From an uncultured Bacilli bacterium (GTDB lineage: Bacteria; Bacillota_I; Bacilli_A; RF39; UBA660), in the NCBI GenBank assembly GCA_934149245.1, contig CAKPER010000005.1, positions 367 through 64,366 on the forward strand: DNA of 64,000 nucleotides. The letters run 5' to 3'. Numbering within the stretch: position 1 is the first letter of the stretch; the number at the start of each line of letters is the position of its first letter. Below are positions 8,513 through 18,818 of this stretch, one piece after another. The notes beneath the pieces were generated by a model that was not told the origin of the DNA, ran no database searches, and saw nothing but the letters and a program-made list of their open reading frames with translations. Position numbers and translations under genes: made by a program.

Positions 8513-9484
8513 ATGAATGTACTTGTGTCAAATTTGAATAAAGATAAGTTTAGTAGTTTAGGCGTTGATATAATAAAGTCTATTACTGGAGAATTTGATG
8601 TAGATGAAATAGTTCAATCTTTCTCCAATTTTTTCTTTAATAGAATGTTTTTAGATATAACGGCTATTAAAGATTATAAAAATTTTGCTAATATTCAGAA
8701 ACTTTCTTTGGGGCTTGATGTAGATAAGATTATTATTTTGTTAAATGACGATCCAGTAGTAAATTCTAATATTTATTTAGCAAGATTGGTTAGTATGGGA
8801 ATTTATAATTTTGCTAAAAATATGGAAGAAGTTATGTATTTATATAATAACCCTAATAGTTATAAAGATGTTGCTCATTATCAACAAGTTGAAAATCAAA
8901 CTGTTGATAATATACAGAGTATACAAAATGTATCTAATGAATTGATAATTAATAATGATGTTAGAGTTATTGGAGTTAAAAATATAACTACTCATGCTGG
9001 TGCAACTAGTTTAATCTATATGATGAAAAATATATTAGCTAAATATTATTCTATTATGTGTATAGAAGTAAATAAAAGAGATTTTATGTTTTATAAAAAT
9101 AAAGATATGATTTCTGTTATAGAAAAACAACTATCTGATACTATTTTAAAATATAAAGATGTTAATATTATTTTAGTAGATTTAAATAATTTACCAGAGG
9201 CTGTATGTAATAATATTTGTACTGATATATTGTATTTAGTTGAACCATCTTTATTTAGAATAAACAAATTAATAACTTTGGATAGAGATGTATTTGTTAA
9301 GTTTAATAGTGAAAAAATAATATTAAATAAGAGTTTCTTTACAGAAAAAGATGTTAAAGATTTTGAATTTGAGGGTGATATAAAGATTTTTTATAATATT
9401 CCACCTTTGAATGATCGTATTGATAATTCTAGCGTATTAATGCCTTTTTTAGAAAAACTAGGTTTATTTAGGAAAGATTATTAA
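8513..9484 (+). CDS. TadZ/CpaE-like protein: receiver-like N-domain plus ParA/MinD-fold domain with degenerate Walker A
   Basis: GGAGGA lies 7 nt before the ATG at 8513. The ATG at 8498 is also possible. C-domain VRVIGVKNITTHAGATSLIYMM sits where ParA/MinD proteins have GxKGGxGK[ST]. Later ILVDL (Walker B-like). Last gene before a terminator. Confidence 0.45.
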   Translation: MNVLVSNLNKDKFSSLGVDIIKSITGEFDVDEIVQSFSNFFFNRMFLDITAIKDYKNFANIQKLSLGLDVDKIIILLNDDPVVNSNIYLARLVSMGIYNFAKNMEEVMYLYNNPNSYKDVAHYQQVENQTVDNIQSIQNVSNELIINNDVRVIGVKNITTHAGATSLIYMMKNILAKYYSIMCIEVNKRDFMFYKNKDMISVIEKQLSDTILKYKDVNIILVDLNNLPEAVCNNICTDILYLVEPSLFRINKLITLDRDVFVKFNSEKIILNKSFFTEKDVKDFEFEGDIKIFYNIPPLNDRIDNSSVLMPFLEKLGLFRKDY

Positions 9485-9514
9485 AAAAGATTGATTTTAT
9501 CTTTTTTTTTTTTT
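9485..9514 (+). terminator. Rho-independent terminator closing the pilus operon
   Basis: Stem aaaagat/atctttt with a 7-nt loop, followed by a run of about 11 T. Confidence 0.6.
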
Positions 9515-9545
9515 ATAATTAAGTTGTATTAGTAGTGGAGGATAT

Positions 9546-11093
9546 ATGAAAAAAGTTGTAATAATTGGTGCTGGACCAGCAGGTCTTACGGCTGCTTATG
9601 AGTTGTTAAAAAAATCGAATGAATATGAGGTAATTATTTTGGAAGCAAGTAATTCTATTGGTGGTATTAGTCGTACTGTAAAATATAATGGCAATAGAAT
9701 GGATATAGGTGGTCATCGCTTTTTTTCTAAAAATGAAGAAATATTAGCAATTTGGAAAGAAATTTTGCCTCTTCAGGGTGTTGGAGCATATGATGATAAA
9801 AAGTTAAACAGAAACTTTAATGATACTAATACAGATGTTGATCCAGATAAAACGGATAAAGTTTTATTGATAAGAAATAGAGTTAGTAGAATTTTTTATT
9901 TGGATAAATTTTTTGATTATCCAGTTACATTAAAATTTTCTACTTTAAAAAATTTAGGTTTGTTTAAGACAATTTCGTGTGGTTTTAGTTATTTAAAATC
10001 ATTAATTCATAAAAAAAAGGAAACTTCTTTGGAGAATTTTTATATCAATAGATTTGGAAAAAAAATGTATAGTATGTTTTTTGAGGGATATACGGAAAAA
10101 TTATGGGGTAGACATCCAAAAGATATTTCTAGTGATTGGGGATCTCAAAGGGTTAAAGGATTATCAATAATTGAAATTTTGAGAGATATGTTTTGTAAAA
10201 CCTTTAAAATTAAATCTGTTAATACTGAGACTTCTTTAATAGAAAGTTTTTATTATCCTAAGTTTGGACCAGGGCAACTCTGGGAAAGCATGGCTGCTAA
10301 GATTGAGAAAATGGGAGGAAAAATTTATAAAAACTCTTTAGTTATTAATATTGACTATAAATACAATAAAATAAACTCTGTTAAATATCAAGTTAATGAT
10401 AAAATAGAAAGTATTGATGCAGATATTTTAATATCTTCAATGCCTATTAAGGATTTAGTACAATCTATGGGGAAAAAAGTTCCTAAAGAAGTACAACAAA
10501 TTGCTTTAAATTTACCTTATCGTGATTTTGTTACTATTGGTTTGCTTGTTGATAGACTTAAATTAAAGAATACTACTTCTATAAAAACATTGAATAATAT
10601 TATTCCAGATTGTTGGATTTATGTTCAAGATACTTCTGTTAAATTAGGCAGAATACAAGTGTTTAACAATTGGAGTCCGTATATGGTAAAGGATCCTGAT
10701 AATACTGTTTGGATTGGCTTAGAATACTTTTGTAATGAAGGTGACGATTTTTGGCAAATGACAGATAAAGAATTGTGCAAAATTGCTGTTAATGAATTGG
10801 TAAAAATGAAAATTATAGATAGAAGAAGTGTCTTAGATTATCATTGTGAAAAGGTAAAAAAAGCCTATCCAGCATATTTTGATAGTTATAATGATATATC
10901 GAAGGTTATAAGATATTTAAATAAAATAAGTAATTTATATTGTATTGGAAGAAATGGTCAACATCGTTATAATAATATGGATCATTCTATGGAAACTGCT
11001 ATTTTGTGTGTAGATAATATTATTAATAATATTTCTGACAAAAGTAATATTTGGAATGTTAATTCTGATGATTCATATCATGAAAAGAGGTAG
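9546..11093 (+). CDS. FAD/NAD(P)-dependent oxidoreductase (amine-oxidase/PPOX-like, polysaccharide-locus type)
   Basis: N-terminal dinucleotide fold [18 protein letters not shown]...[15 protein letters not shown] motif. C-terminal [18 protein letters not shown]. Confidence 0.7.
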   Translation: MKKVVIIGAGPAGLTAAYELLKKSNEYEVIILEASNSIGGISRTVKYNGNRMDIGGHRFFSKNEEILAIWKEILPLQGVGAYDDKKLNRNFNDTNTDVDPDKTDKVLLIRNRVSRIFYLDKFFDYPVTLKFSTLKNLGLFKTISCGFSYLKSLIHKKKETSLENFYINRFGKKMYSMFFEGYTEKLWGRHPKDISSDWGSQRVKGLSIIEILRDMFCKTFKIKSVNTETSLIESFYYPKFGPGQLWESMAAKIEKMGGKIYKNSLVINIDYKYNKINSVKYQVNDKIESIDADILISSMPIKDLVQSMGKKVPKEVQQIALNLPYRDFVTIGLLVDRLKLKNTTSIKTLNNIIPDCWIYVQDTSVKLGRIQVFNNWSPYMVKDPDNTVWIGLEYFCNEGDDFWQMTDKELCKIAVNELVKMKIIDRRSVLDYHCEKVKKAYPAYFDSYNDISKVIRYLNKISNLYCIGRNGQHRYNNMDHSMETAILCVDNIINNISDKSNIWNVNSDDSYHEKR

Positions 11094-11098
11094 TTATT

Positions 11099-12598
11099 TT
11101 GATCAAAAAATTGAAAAATATTAAGTTTCCATATCTTAGAAAATATTCTTATTATTGTTTCTTTTTAATATTAATATTTTGTCTTTTTATTAAAAGTTTA
11201 GAATTAAATAATGATATTTGGTTTTTACTTAATCATGGAAAATATGTTTTTTTTAAAGGAATTCCTTATATAGAGCCTTTTACTATTCATAGTGATTTTA
11301 AATTTATTATGCAGCAATGGGCAAGTTCTTTGACTTTCTTTTTAACATATCATTATTTGGGAATAAATTCTTTATTGTTTCTTGTTATGTTTATTAATAT
11401 ATTAATAATTTTTATTTCTTATAAATTATGTATGTTGATAAGTGATAATAATTATAAAACTTCTATATTAACTGTCTTTGTAATTGATTTACTTTTAATT
11501 ATAACTAATTTTATTGTAACAAGACCTCAAATATTTACTTATTTATTTGTTTTAGGTATGTTTTTTTGCTTAGAATATTACATAAAAAAGAATAGTAAAA
11601 AGATACTTTTCTTTTTACCGATTATTTCAATGATGCAGATTAATTTTCATGCTTCTATGTGGTGGCTATTGATAATTTTTATGATTCCATATTTATTAGA
11701 TGGTTATAATTTTAAACTTTTTTATAAAGAGTCATACTCAAAGATTCCTATTATAGTTGCTATAGTTTTTATGTTCCTTTTTGCTTTGATAAATCCTTAT
11801 GGTGTTAGGGCATTAGGGTATGTATTTAATTCTTATGGTGTATCATATATTGATAATTATATATTGGAAATGATGGCTTTAGATGTCCATAGTTTTATTG
11901 GAAAATTTATTTTTATAGTGATAATAATAGTCTATTTAATATATTTATTAGGTTCTAGAAAGAGAATTAAGAGTAGATATTTATTATTGCTTTTAGGAAC
12001 AACGTACATGGCGTTTTCTTCTTATAAATGTTTTAGCTATTTCGTTATATCTTCAATATTTCCACTATCTTTTTATTTAAAGAATAAATTAAAAATTATA
12101 AAAAATTTGGAGCTTTATCCTATAAATTATAAATTACAATTTGGTTCTTTAATAGCTGTTCTTTTAATATTACTGTTTAGTTTTGGAAAATCTTTAGATA
12201 TAAATTATAAAAATAATTTACAATCTGGTATAGACTATTTATTAAAAAATTATAATCAAAAAAAGATAATTTTATATGTTGGGTATGATCAAGGGGGGTA
12301 TACAGAATTTAGAGGTATAAAATCGTATATTGATCCTAGAGCTGAAGTTTTTTTAAAGGCTAATAATGGAAAAAAAGATGTATTTAAAGAATATTATGAG
12401 TTACAAAATAGAGATATTGATTATGAAAAGTTTTTAAATGGTTATAATTTTTCTCATGTTTTAGTTACAGAGCAAGATTCATTTTATTCGAAGATAAAAA
12501 ATAACAAGAATTATAAATTAATTTACAAGGGGAGGATATCTTTAAAAAATAAAGATAGTCATTATCAAAAATATATGTTGTACGCTAGAAAAAATTAG
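11099..12598 (+). CDS. Polytopic membrane protein, possible GT-C-type glycosyltransferase or polymerase
   Basis: TTG start after AAGAGGTAG. More than 10 predicted TM helices, then a ~130-aa soluble C-terminal domain. Function inferred from context only. Confidence 0.4.
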   Translation: MIKKLKNIKFPYLRKYSYYCFFLILIFCLFIKSLELNNDIWFLLNHGKYVFFKGIPYIEPFTIHSDFKFIMQQWASSLTFFLTYHYLGINSLLFLVMFINILIIFISYKLCMLISDNNYKTSILTVFVIDLLLIITNFIVTRPQIFTYLFVLGMFFCLEYYIKKNSKKILFFLPIISMMQINFHASMWWLLIIFMIPYLLDGYNFKLFYKESYSKIPIIVAIVFMFLFALINPYGVRALGYVFNSYGVSYIDNYILEMMALDVHSFIGKFIFIVIIIVYLIYLLGSRKRIKSRYLLLLLGTTYMAFSSYKCFSYFVISSIFPLSFYLKNKLKIIKNLELYPINYKLQFGSLIAVLLILLFSFGKSLDINYKNNLQSGIDYLLKNYNQKKIILYVGYDQGGYTEFRGIKSYIDPRAEVFLKANNGKKDVFKEYYELQNRDIDYEKFLNGYNFSHVLVTEQDSFYSKIKNNKNYKLIYKGRISLKNKDSHYQKYMLYARKN

Positions 12599-12623
12599 TA
12601 TTTAAGAGAAGGAGTTAAGTATT

Positions 12624-13969
12624 ATGTTTAGAAAAAACTGGAAGTATATCTTAATATTTATTGCAGTATTTTTAATAACTTTTATATATCATTTTTTTCT
12701 AAATAATAAAGGTGGTATGGATGAGTTTTGGTGTTATGGCTTTGCTTATAATATATCTAAAGGTCTTATTCCATATAGAGATTTTAATATGATTGTTACA
12801 CCTATGTATTCTTTTGCTGGTAGTGTATTTGTAAAAATAATTGGAAATTATTTGTTTTCTATACATATATTTAATGCATTGATAGTAGCATTGTTTGTCT
12901 CTGTTGGCTATAGGTTTTTAAATAAAAAAGTTTTTATATTATATCTTTTTAGTTTAAGTATTTTGTATCCTTCTTATAATTCTGTTTGTGTTGTTTTATT
13001 TTGCTTCTTTCTATTTTTTTATGATAAAAAATTTAAATATAAAGATTTTTTATTAGGATTAATTATTGCTTGCTTATTTTTAACTAAACAAACTTTTGGT
13101 ATTATGATAATTCCTTTATTATTTTTTAGTAAAAATAGAATAAAGTGCTTAATAGGATTTTTATTTCCTTGTTTAGTATTTTTGATATATTTAATATATT
13201 TTAATGCTTTTTATCAATTTATAGATTATTGTTTTTTAGGAATGTTTGACTTTACTAGTAAGAATTCTTTTAATAATATTTCTGCTTATTTCACAGCCTT
13301 TTTTGAATTCATTATTATAGCAGGAATTATTTATAAATTAAAGATAAAAAATTTTAAAGATCAAATATTAGTTTTTGTTTTATGTTTTCAAATAATGGCA
13401 TTCCCACTTTTAGAGTATCAACATATTTATTATTCATGTATACCAGTATGTTGCTACATTTTAATGAATTATAGTTTAAATAGAATTATATATTTGCTAC
13501 TTGTTATAATATTTGGACTATATTTAGGTATTAATATCTTTTCAAATGTAAGTTCTTCTTATTATCATTTGTATCCAAATAGAAATAGCTTTTTATATGG
13601 AAGAAGTATTAATGGTATTTATGATAAACAGATAGATGCATTATATTCATATTTAGATAAAAATAGAGATGATAATAGAGTGTATATATTCTCTTGTTAT
13701 GCATATTTAATTAGACTTAATAATGGAGAAGTTCCCAATAAATATGATTTAATAAATATGGAAATATGGGATATAACGGAGAAGATAAGTACATTAAAGA
13801 AATAGATAGTTATTGTTCTCAAAATAAATGTATGTTTGTTCTTGTAAGCGAAGATTTAGTTCATCCAAATCAAACTAGTAAGAAAATACTAGATTATGTA
13901 CAGAAAAAATATGATAATATAACTAATTTTGAAGCATTTTCTATATATACAAACGAATTTAGAAAATAG
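12624..13969 (+). pseudogene. Frameshifted paralogue of the 14006..15349 GT-C-like membrane glycosyltransferase
   Basis: ORFs 12624..13805 and 13766..13969 together align end-to-end with the 447-aa downstream protein. Copy 1 reads ttaataaatatggaaatatggg where copy 2 reads ttaataaataatggaaatatgggg. This is a 1-nt deletion near 13758. Confidence 0.7.
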
Positions 13970-14005
13970 TTTATGAGATGAATATTTGAAGGGAAGTGTA
14001 GTATT

Positions 14006-15349
14006 ATGATTAAAAAGAATTGGAAGTATATTGTTTTATTTATAGTTGCTTTTGTAATAACTTTTGTATATGATTTTTTTATAGTAAGATTAGGAATGGA
14101 TGAAGTGTGGTGCTATGGTTTTACATATAATATTTCTAAAGGTCTTATTCCATATAGAGATTTTAATATGATTATTACCCCATTATATTCGTTTGTTGGC
14201 TCTTTATTTATAAAAATATTTGGAAATCACTTGTTTTCTGTACATATTTTTAATGCTTTATTTTTAGCTTTATTTGTTACGGTTGGATATAAAGTTTTAA
14301 ACAAAAAAATTTTTATATTATGGCTTTTAAGTTTAAGTATTTTATATCCTTGTTATAATACATTTTGTGTTTTAATATTTTGCTTTTTTCTATTTCTTTA
14401 TAATAAAAAATTTAAACATAAGGACTTTGTATTAGGTTTAATTATTGCTTGTTTATTTCTTAGTAAGCAAACTTTAGGAATATTGATACTTCCTTTATTA
14501 TTCTTTAGTAAAGATAGAATTAAGTGTTTAATAGGATTTTTGTTTCCATGCTTGATATTTTTAATATATTTGATATATTTCAATACTTTTTATCAATTTA
14601 TTGATTATTGTCTTTTAGGAATGTTTGATTTTACTAGTAAAAATTCTTTAAAAAATAATTCATTTATATTAACTGCTTTTTTTGAAATAATAGTTATTAT
14701 AACTATTTTGTATAAGTTAATAAAAGGAAAATTTAAAAATCAAAAACTGATTTTTGTTTTGGCTTTTCAAATAATGGCATTTCCACTTCTTGATTATCAG
14801 CATGTTTTTTATGCTTTTATACCTGTTGTTTGTTATATTTTAATGAATTATAATTTAAATAAGATTTCGTTTTATTTGTTTGGAATATTATGTGCTTTTT
14901 ATTTACTTATTTCATTTTATATTGGAACTAATTTAGCATATTTTCATTTATATTCAAAGAAAAATAGTTTTTTATATGGACGTCCTATCATTGGAATTGT
15001 TGATAAGCAGATAGATAAATTGTATTCATATTTAGATAAAAATAAAGATGATAATAGATTATATATATTTTCTTGTTATGCATATTTAATTAGAATTAAT
15101 AATGGAGAGATACCTGATAAGTATGATTTAATAAATAATGGAAATATGGGGTATAAAGGAGAAGAGAAGTATATTAAAGAAATAGATAATTATTGTTCTC
15201 AAAATAAATGTATGTTTGTTCTTATAAGTGAAGATTTAGCAGGTAAGAATCAAACTAGTAAGAAATTATTAGATTATGTACAGAGAAATTATGATAATGT
15301 AACTAATTTTGAGGCTTTTGGAATATATACAAATAATTTAAAAAGATAG
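14006..15349 (+). CDS. GT-C-like polytopic membrane glycosyltransferase (PMT/ArnT-like first-loop DE motif)
   Basis: About 11 TM helices. First extracytoplasmic loop GMDEVWCYGF resembles the DE motif of GT39/GT83 enzymes. Soluble C-terminal domain. Family assignment is by motif and topology only. Confidence 0.5.
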   Translation: MIKKNWKYIVLFIVAFVITFVYDFFIVRLGMDEVWCYGFTYNISKGLIPYRDFNMIITPLYSFVGSLFIKIFGNHLFSVHIFNALFLALFVTVGYKVLNKKIFILWLLSLSILYPCYNTFCVLIFCFFLFLYNKKFKHKDFVLGLIIACLFLSKQTLGILILPLLFFSKDRIKCLIGFLFPCLIFLIYLIYFNTFYQFIDYCLLGMFDFTSKNSLKNNSFILTAFFEIIVIITILYKLIKGKFKNQKLIFVLAFQIMAFPLLDYQHVFYAFIPVVCYILMNYNLNKISFYLFGILCAFYLLISFYIGTNLAYFHLYSKKNSFLYGRPIIGIVDKQIDKLYSYLDKNKDDNRLYIFSCYAYLIRINNGEIPDKYDLINNGNMGYKGEEKYIKEIDNYCSQNKCMFVLISEDLAGKNQTSKKLLDYVQRNYDNVTNFEAFGIYTNNLKR

Positions 15350-15365
15350 TTTTGAGGTGTAATAA

Positions 15366-17987
15366 ATGAAGAAGTATAAATATTATTTAATACCACCTAT
15401 AATAGTTATGTTGATCTTGACTATTATATATTTAATTAATGGAGTATATCCTTTTGGAAAAAATACAATTTTAAACGGTGATTTTCCTAGTGCATATATA
15501 CCTATTTATTATTATATGTGGGATTTATTTAGAGGAAATGCTAATCTTTTTATTAATTTTAAGGTTGGTATGGGGACTTGTATGTATGATTTAACTTCTA
15601 TATATGGAATATTGTCTCCGCTTTCTTGGATAATTGCTTTATGTGAAAGAAGTGATATTCCATATTTTATGTCCATATTATTTATGATTAAGGTAAGCTT
15701 GATATCAGTTACAACATTTATGTTATTTAATAAAGTTTTAAATGGATTAAAGGTATTTTATAAAGTTTTATTTAGTGTTTTTTATGCTCTTAGTACTTAT
15801 GTTATAGTATATTATACTAACTTCGTATGGTTAGATAATTTAATACTATTTCCAGTATTACTTTTGGGAATAAAAAGAATTATTGATAAAAATGATAATA
15901 AATTATATACAATTATACTTTTTTTATCTATTAGCTATTCTTTTTATATTTCCTATATGGAACTTTTATTTATATTATTTTTATCATTTGGTTATATTGT
16001 ATTTTTATGTGATGATAAAACGCAAAAAAGAAAGTTTATTTTCTCTTTAGGAATTGGTACTATATTAGCAATTGGTATGTCTTTGGTATTTCTACTTCCT
16101 GTTATATCTTTAGTTTTTGATTCTGTTAGAAGTGAAGCTTTTAATCCAAGCGGAATTAGTATGATTAGTGCTAATACACTAGATAAGATGATGATAATAT
16201 TAGGTTATGGATTTCCAATACTATTATTTTTAAATTTATTTGTTTTAAAATCTATCCCTAAAAAAATAAAGCATTTTTTTGCTTTTATGATTTTTATAAC
16301 TTGCATTGGGGTAATATTTGAACCTATTAATCTAATGTGGCATACTGGTAGTTATATTATGATTCCATATAGATATGGGTTTATTCCAATTATGGTTATT
16401 TATTTGGGAGCCCTTTTATGTTTATCTAAAGAAAAAAGATATAGAAGTAATGTAGGAAGTATATTTTTAATACTAATTATTATTTTAATAGCTGTTTTAA
16501 TTGGACTATTTATAATATTTATTCCGATCAGTTCTTCTTTAGAACCAGCGTTTGCATTAAGTGATATTAAACAAAACTTAATTATTTCTCTTATATTGAT
16601 AGTAACTTTAATTTTAGGATTTATTCTATTACATTTGAAAAATACTACTTATAGAAATATATTTATGTCTATCATTTTTCTAGTATATTGTGTAGGATTT
16701 GCAGTTGGTTATATTGGAATTTATTCTCCTAAGATAGTTGGTCAATCTACTATTAAGCCAGTTTTAAAATCTAATTCAATGTATGATATATTAAAAAGTG
16801 ATAGTAATAAGTTTGATAGATATAAAAATCTTGATAATGATCTTAGTGATAATTATGGTTTTATAATAGATAAGGCTGTTATATCTAATTGGCATTTGAC
16901 AAATAAAGATAGTTTTTTAACAGCAAGAAAGATGGGATATAGGACAGCAATGTCTATTAATGATAAAGGAGGAACAATATTTTCAGATAATATACTAGGA
17001 ATAAATAAATATATAAGTAGCAAGAAATTAGATAATGATTTATATAGTTTAGAGCAAAAAAATAATAGATATAACTTGTATAAATTGAATAAATATTTAG
17101 GAATGGGAGTTTTATATAATAAAAATAATAATATAGCTAAGTATATTGGAAGTAATTCATTTGCATATCAAAATTATGTATATAGGTATTTATTTAATAA
17201 AGATAGTGCTATACTTAAAAATGTTATTGCTAGAACTGATGGTATTGATGCTTCAGTTAGTACTTTTTGTATAAATGATAAAAGTAAAAAAATAGATTTT
17301 TATGTTGACATTAAGGGAAAAAGCTTGTTATATTTTGGCTACGATAATATGACTATTGGCAAAGATATTATGTATGTTAAAGTAAATGATAAATTTGTTT
17401 ATAATAATAGTGTTGATGGAAGTAAAAAGAGTACATATAACGCATTTGATGGTATAATTAATTTAGGAATTCATTCTAATGAGAAAGTAAAGGTTACTAT
17501 TTATTTGAAAAAAGATACATGTATTTCTAATTATTCATTTGCTACCATTAATTTAGAAGAATTTAATAAATTTATAGATGAAAATAAGAGTAGTGTAGAT
17601 ATAAAACATAAAGAAAATAAACTTTTAGTAAATGTAGATAATAAGGATAATAAAGAAAGTTTATTTTTACCAATTAATTATTTGAATGGATATAAGTGTA
17701 TTGTAAATGGTAAACTTGTTAAGTTAGATAAAGTTTTTGATAATTTTATTAGTATAGATGTAGATAAGGGAAAAAATAAGATAGAACTTATATATTATCC
17801 ACCATTTATAAAGATTGGACTCATAGTATCTATTATATCTTTGATTTTATTTATACTTGTATCAAAAATAAAGATAAGTAATGTACCAATAATTATTCTT
17901 AATATAAGTAGTGTATTATATTATGGAATAGTTGCTATTATGTTTTTTATAGTGTATATATATGCTTTTATTAAATTATTGTTATAG
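15366..17987 (+). CDS. yfhO: YfhO-family membrane glycosyltransferase (GT-C)
   Basis: 873 aa. N-terminal YPFGKNTILNGDFPSAYIPIYYYMWD as in YfhO proteins. Many TM helices, a large extracytoplasmic domain and a terminal TM. Lies near a CsbB/GtrB-like GT2, as in the B. subtilis csbB-yfhO pair. Confidence 0.75.
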   Translation: MKKYKYYLIPPIIVMLILTIIYLINGVYPFGKNTILNGDFPSAYIPIYYYMWDLFRGNANLFINFKVGMGTCMYDLTSIYGILSPLSWIIALCERSDIPYFMSILFMIKVSLISVTTFMLFNKVLNGLKVFYKVLFSVFYALSTYVIVYYTNFVWLDNLILFPVLLLGIKRIIDKNDNKLYTIILFLSISYSFYISYMELLFILFLSFGYIVFLCDDKTQKRKFIFSLGIGTILAIGMSLVFLLPVISLVFDSVRSEAFNPSGISMISANTLDKMMIILGYGFPILLFLNLFVLKSIPKKIKHFFAFMIFITCIGVIFEPINLMWHTGSYIMIPYRYGFIPIMVIYLGALLCLSKEKRYRSNVGSIFLILIIILIAVLIGLFIIFIPISSSLEPAFALSDIKQNLIISLILIVTLILGFILLHLKNTTYRNIFMSIIFLVYCVGFAVGYIGIYSPKIVGQSTIKPVLKSNSMYDILKSDSNKFDRYKNLDNDLSDNYGFIIDKAVISNWHLTNKDSFLTARKMGYRTAMSINDKGGTIFSDNILGINKYISSKKLDNDLYSLEQKNNRYNLYKLNKYLGMGVLYNKNNNIAKYIGSNSFAYQNYVYRYLFNKDSAILKNVIARTDGIDASVSTFCINDKSKKIDFYVDIKGKSLLYFGYDNMTIGKDIMYVKVNDKFVYNNSVDGSKKSTYNAFDGIINLGIHSNEKVKVTIYLKKDTCISNYSFATINLEEFNKFIDENKSSVDIKHKENKLLVNVDNKDNKESLFLPINYLNGYKCIVNGKLVKLDKVFDNFISIDVDKGKNKIELIYYPPFIKIGLIVSIISLILFILVSKIKISNVPIIILNISSVLYYGIVAIMFFIVYIYAFIKLLL

Positions 17988-18005
17988 GTAGTTGAGGTGA
18001 TAATT

Positions 18006-18818
18006 ATGACTAAAAAAATTAAAAAATATTCTCATACTTTTGTTGTTTGTGCATATCAGAAATGTAAATATTTAGAAGAATGTGTTAAATCTTTAAAAAA
18101 TCAAACAGTCTTGGCTTCTATTATAATGGTTACTTCTACAGATAATGATTATATTAGAAATATTGCTTCTAAATATAAGATAAAATTATATGTTAGAAAT
18201 GGTGAAAGTGATATTCAAGATGATTGGAATTTTGGATATAGCAAGGCTAAGAGTGATTTAGTTACTATAGCTCATCAAGATGATGTTTATGATAGTAAAT
18301 ATTTAGAGAATATTTTAAAGTATTTTAAAAAATATAATGATACACTTTATGTTAGTACTAATTATTATGTATTAAAGAATGGAAAGCTGGAAATTGATCT
18401 TAATAGTAAATTAAAAAGAATATTAAAATATCCTTTAAAGAGCGCTTGCTTTAATAGATTTAAGTTATTTAAAGTTGGCTCTTTAATGGTTGGTAATAGT
18501 GTTAATTGTCCATCTGTTAGTTATAATAAAAATATATTAGGAACTTCTAACATATTTACTTCAACATTAAAGTTTTCTCTTGATTGGGATACTTTTTTGA
18601 AATTATCTAGAATGAAAGGGAGAGTTGGCTATATAGATAAAAGATTAATATGTTATAGGATACATAGTAATGCTACAACTGTTAAATTTATTAATAATGA
18701 TAAGAGGACTGAAGAGGATATTATTATGTTTAGAAAGATGTGGCCTAAGGTATTTATTCCTATTATTATGAAATTTTATTCTAAAGCTAGCGATACATAT
18801 GGAGGTTGTGATGAATAA
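18006..18818 (+). CDS. Glycosyltransferase family 2
   Basis: GAGGTG lies 7 nt before the ATG at 18006. GT-A N-terminus HTFVVCAYQKCKYLEECVKSLKNQT and AHQDD (DxD-like). Confidence 0.6.
   Translation: MTKKIKKYSHTFVVCAYQKCKYLEECVKSLKNQTVLASIIMVTSTDNDYIRNIASKYKIKLYVRNGESDIQDDWNFGYSKAKSDLVTIAHQDDVYDSKYLENILKYFKKYNDTLYVSTNYYVLKNGKLEIDLNSKLKRILKYPLKSACFNRFKLFKVGSLMVGNSVNCPSVSYNKNILGTSNIFTSTLKFSLDWDTFLKLSRMKGRVGYIDKRLICYRIHSNATTVKFINNDKRTEEDIIMFRKMWPKVFIPIIMKFYSKASDTYGGCDE

Noticed and set aside
8513-9484. Functional ParA/MinD-type ATPase
   Set aside because: The Walker A position lacks the GK[ST] signature (reads THAGAT). It was therefore called TadZ-like pseudo-ATPase rather than an active partition ATPase.
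13766-13969. 67-aa ORF as an independent gene
   Set aside because: It aligns to the C-terminus of the intact paralogue (14006..15349). It is the out-of-frame tail of the frameshifted copy, so it was merged into the pseudogene call.
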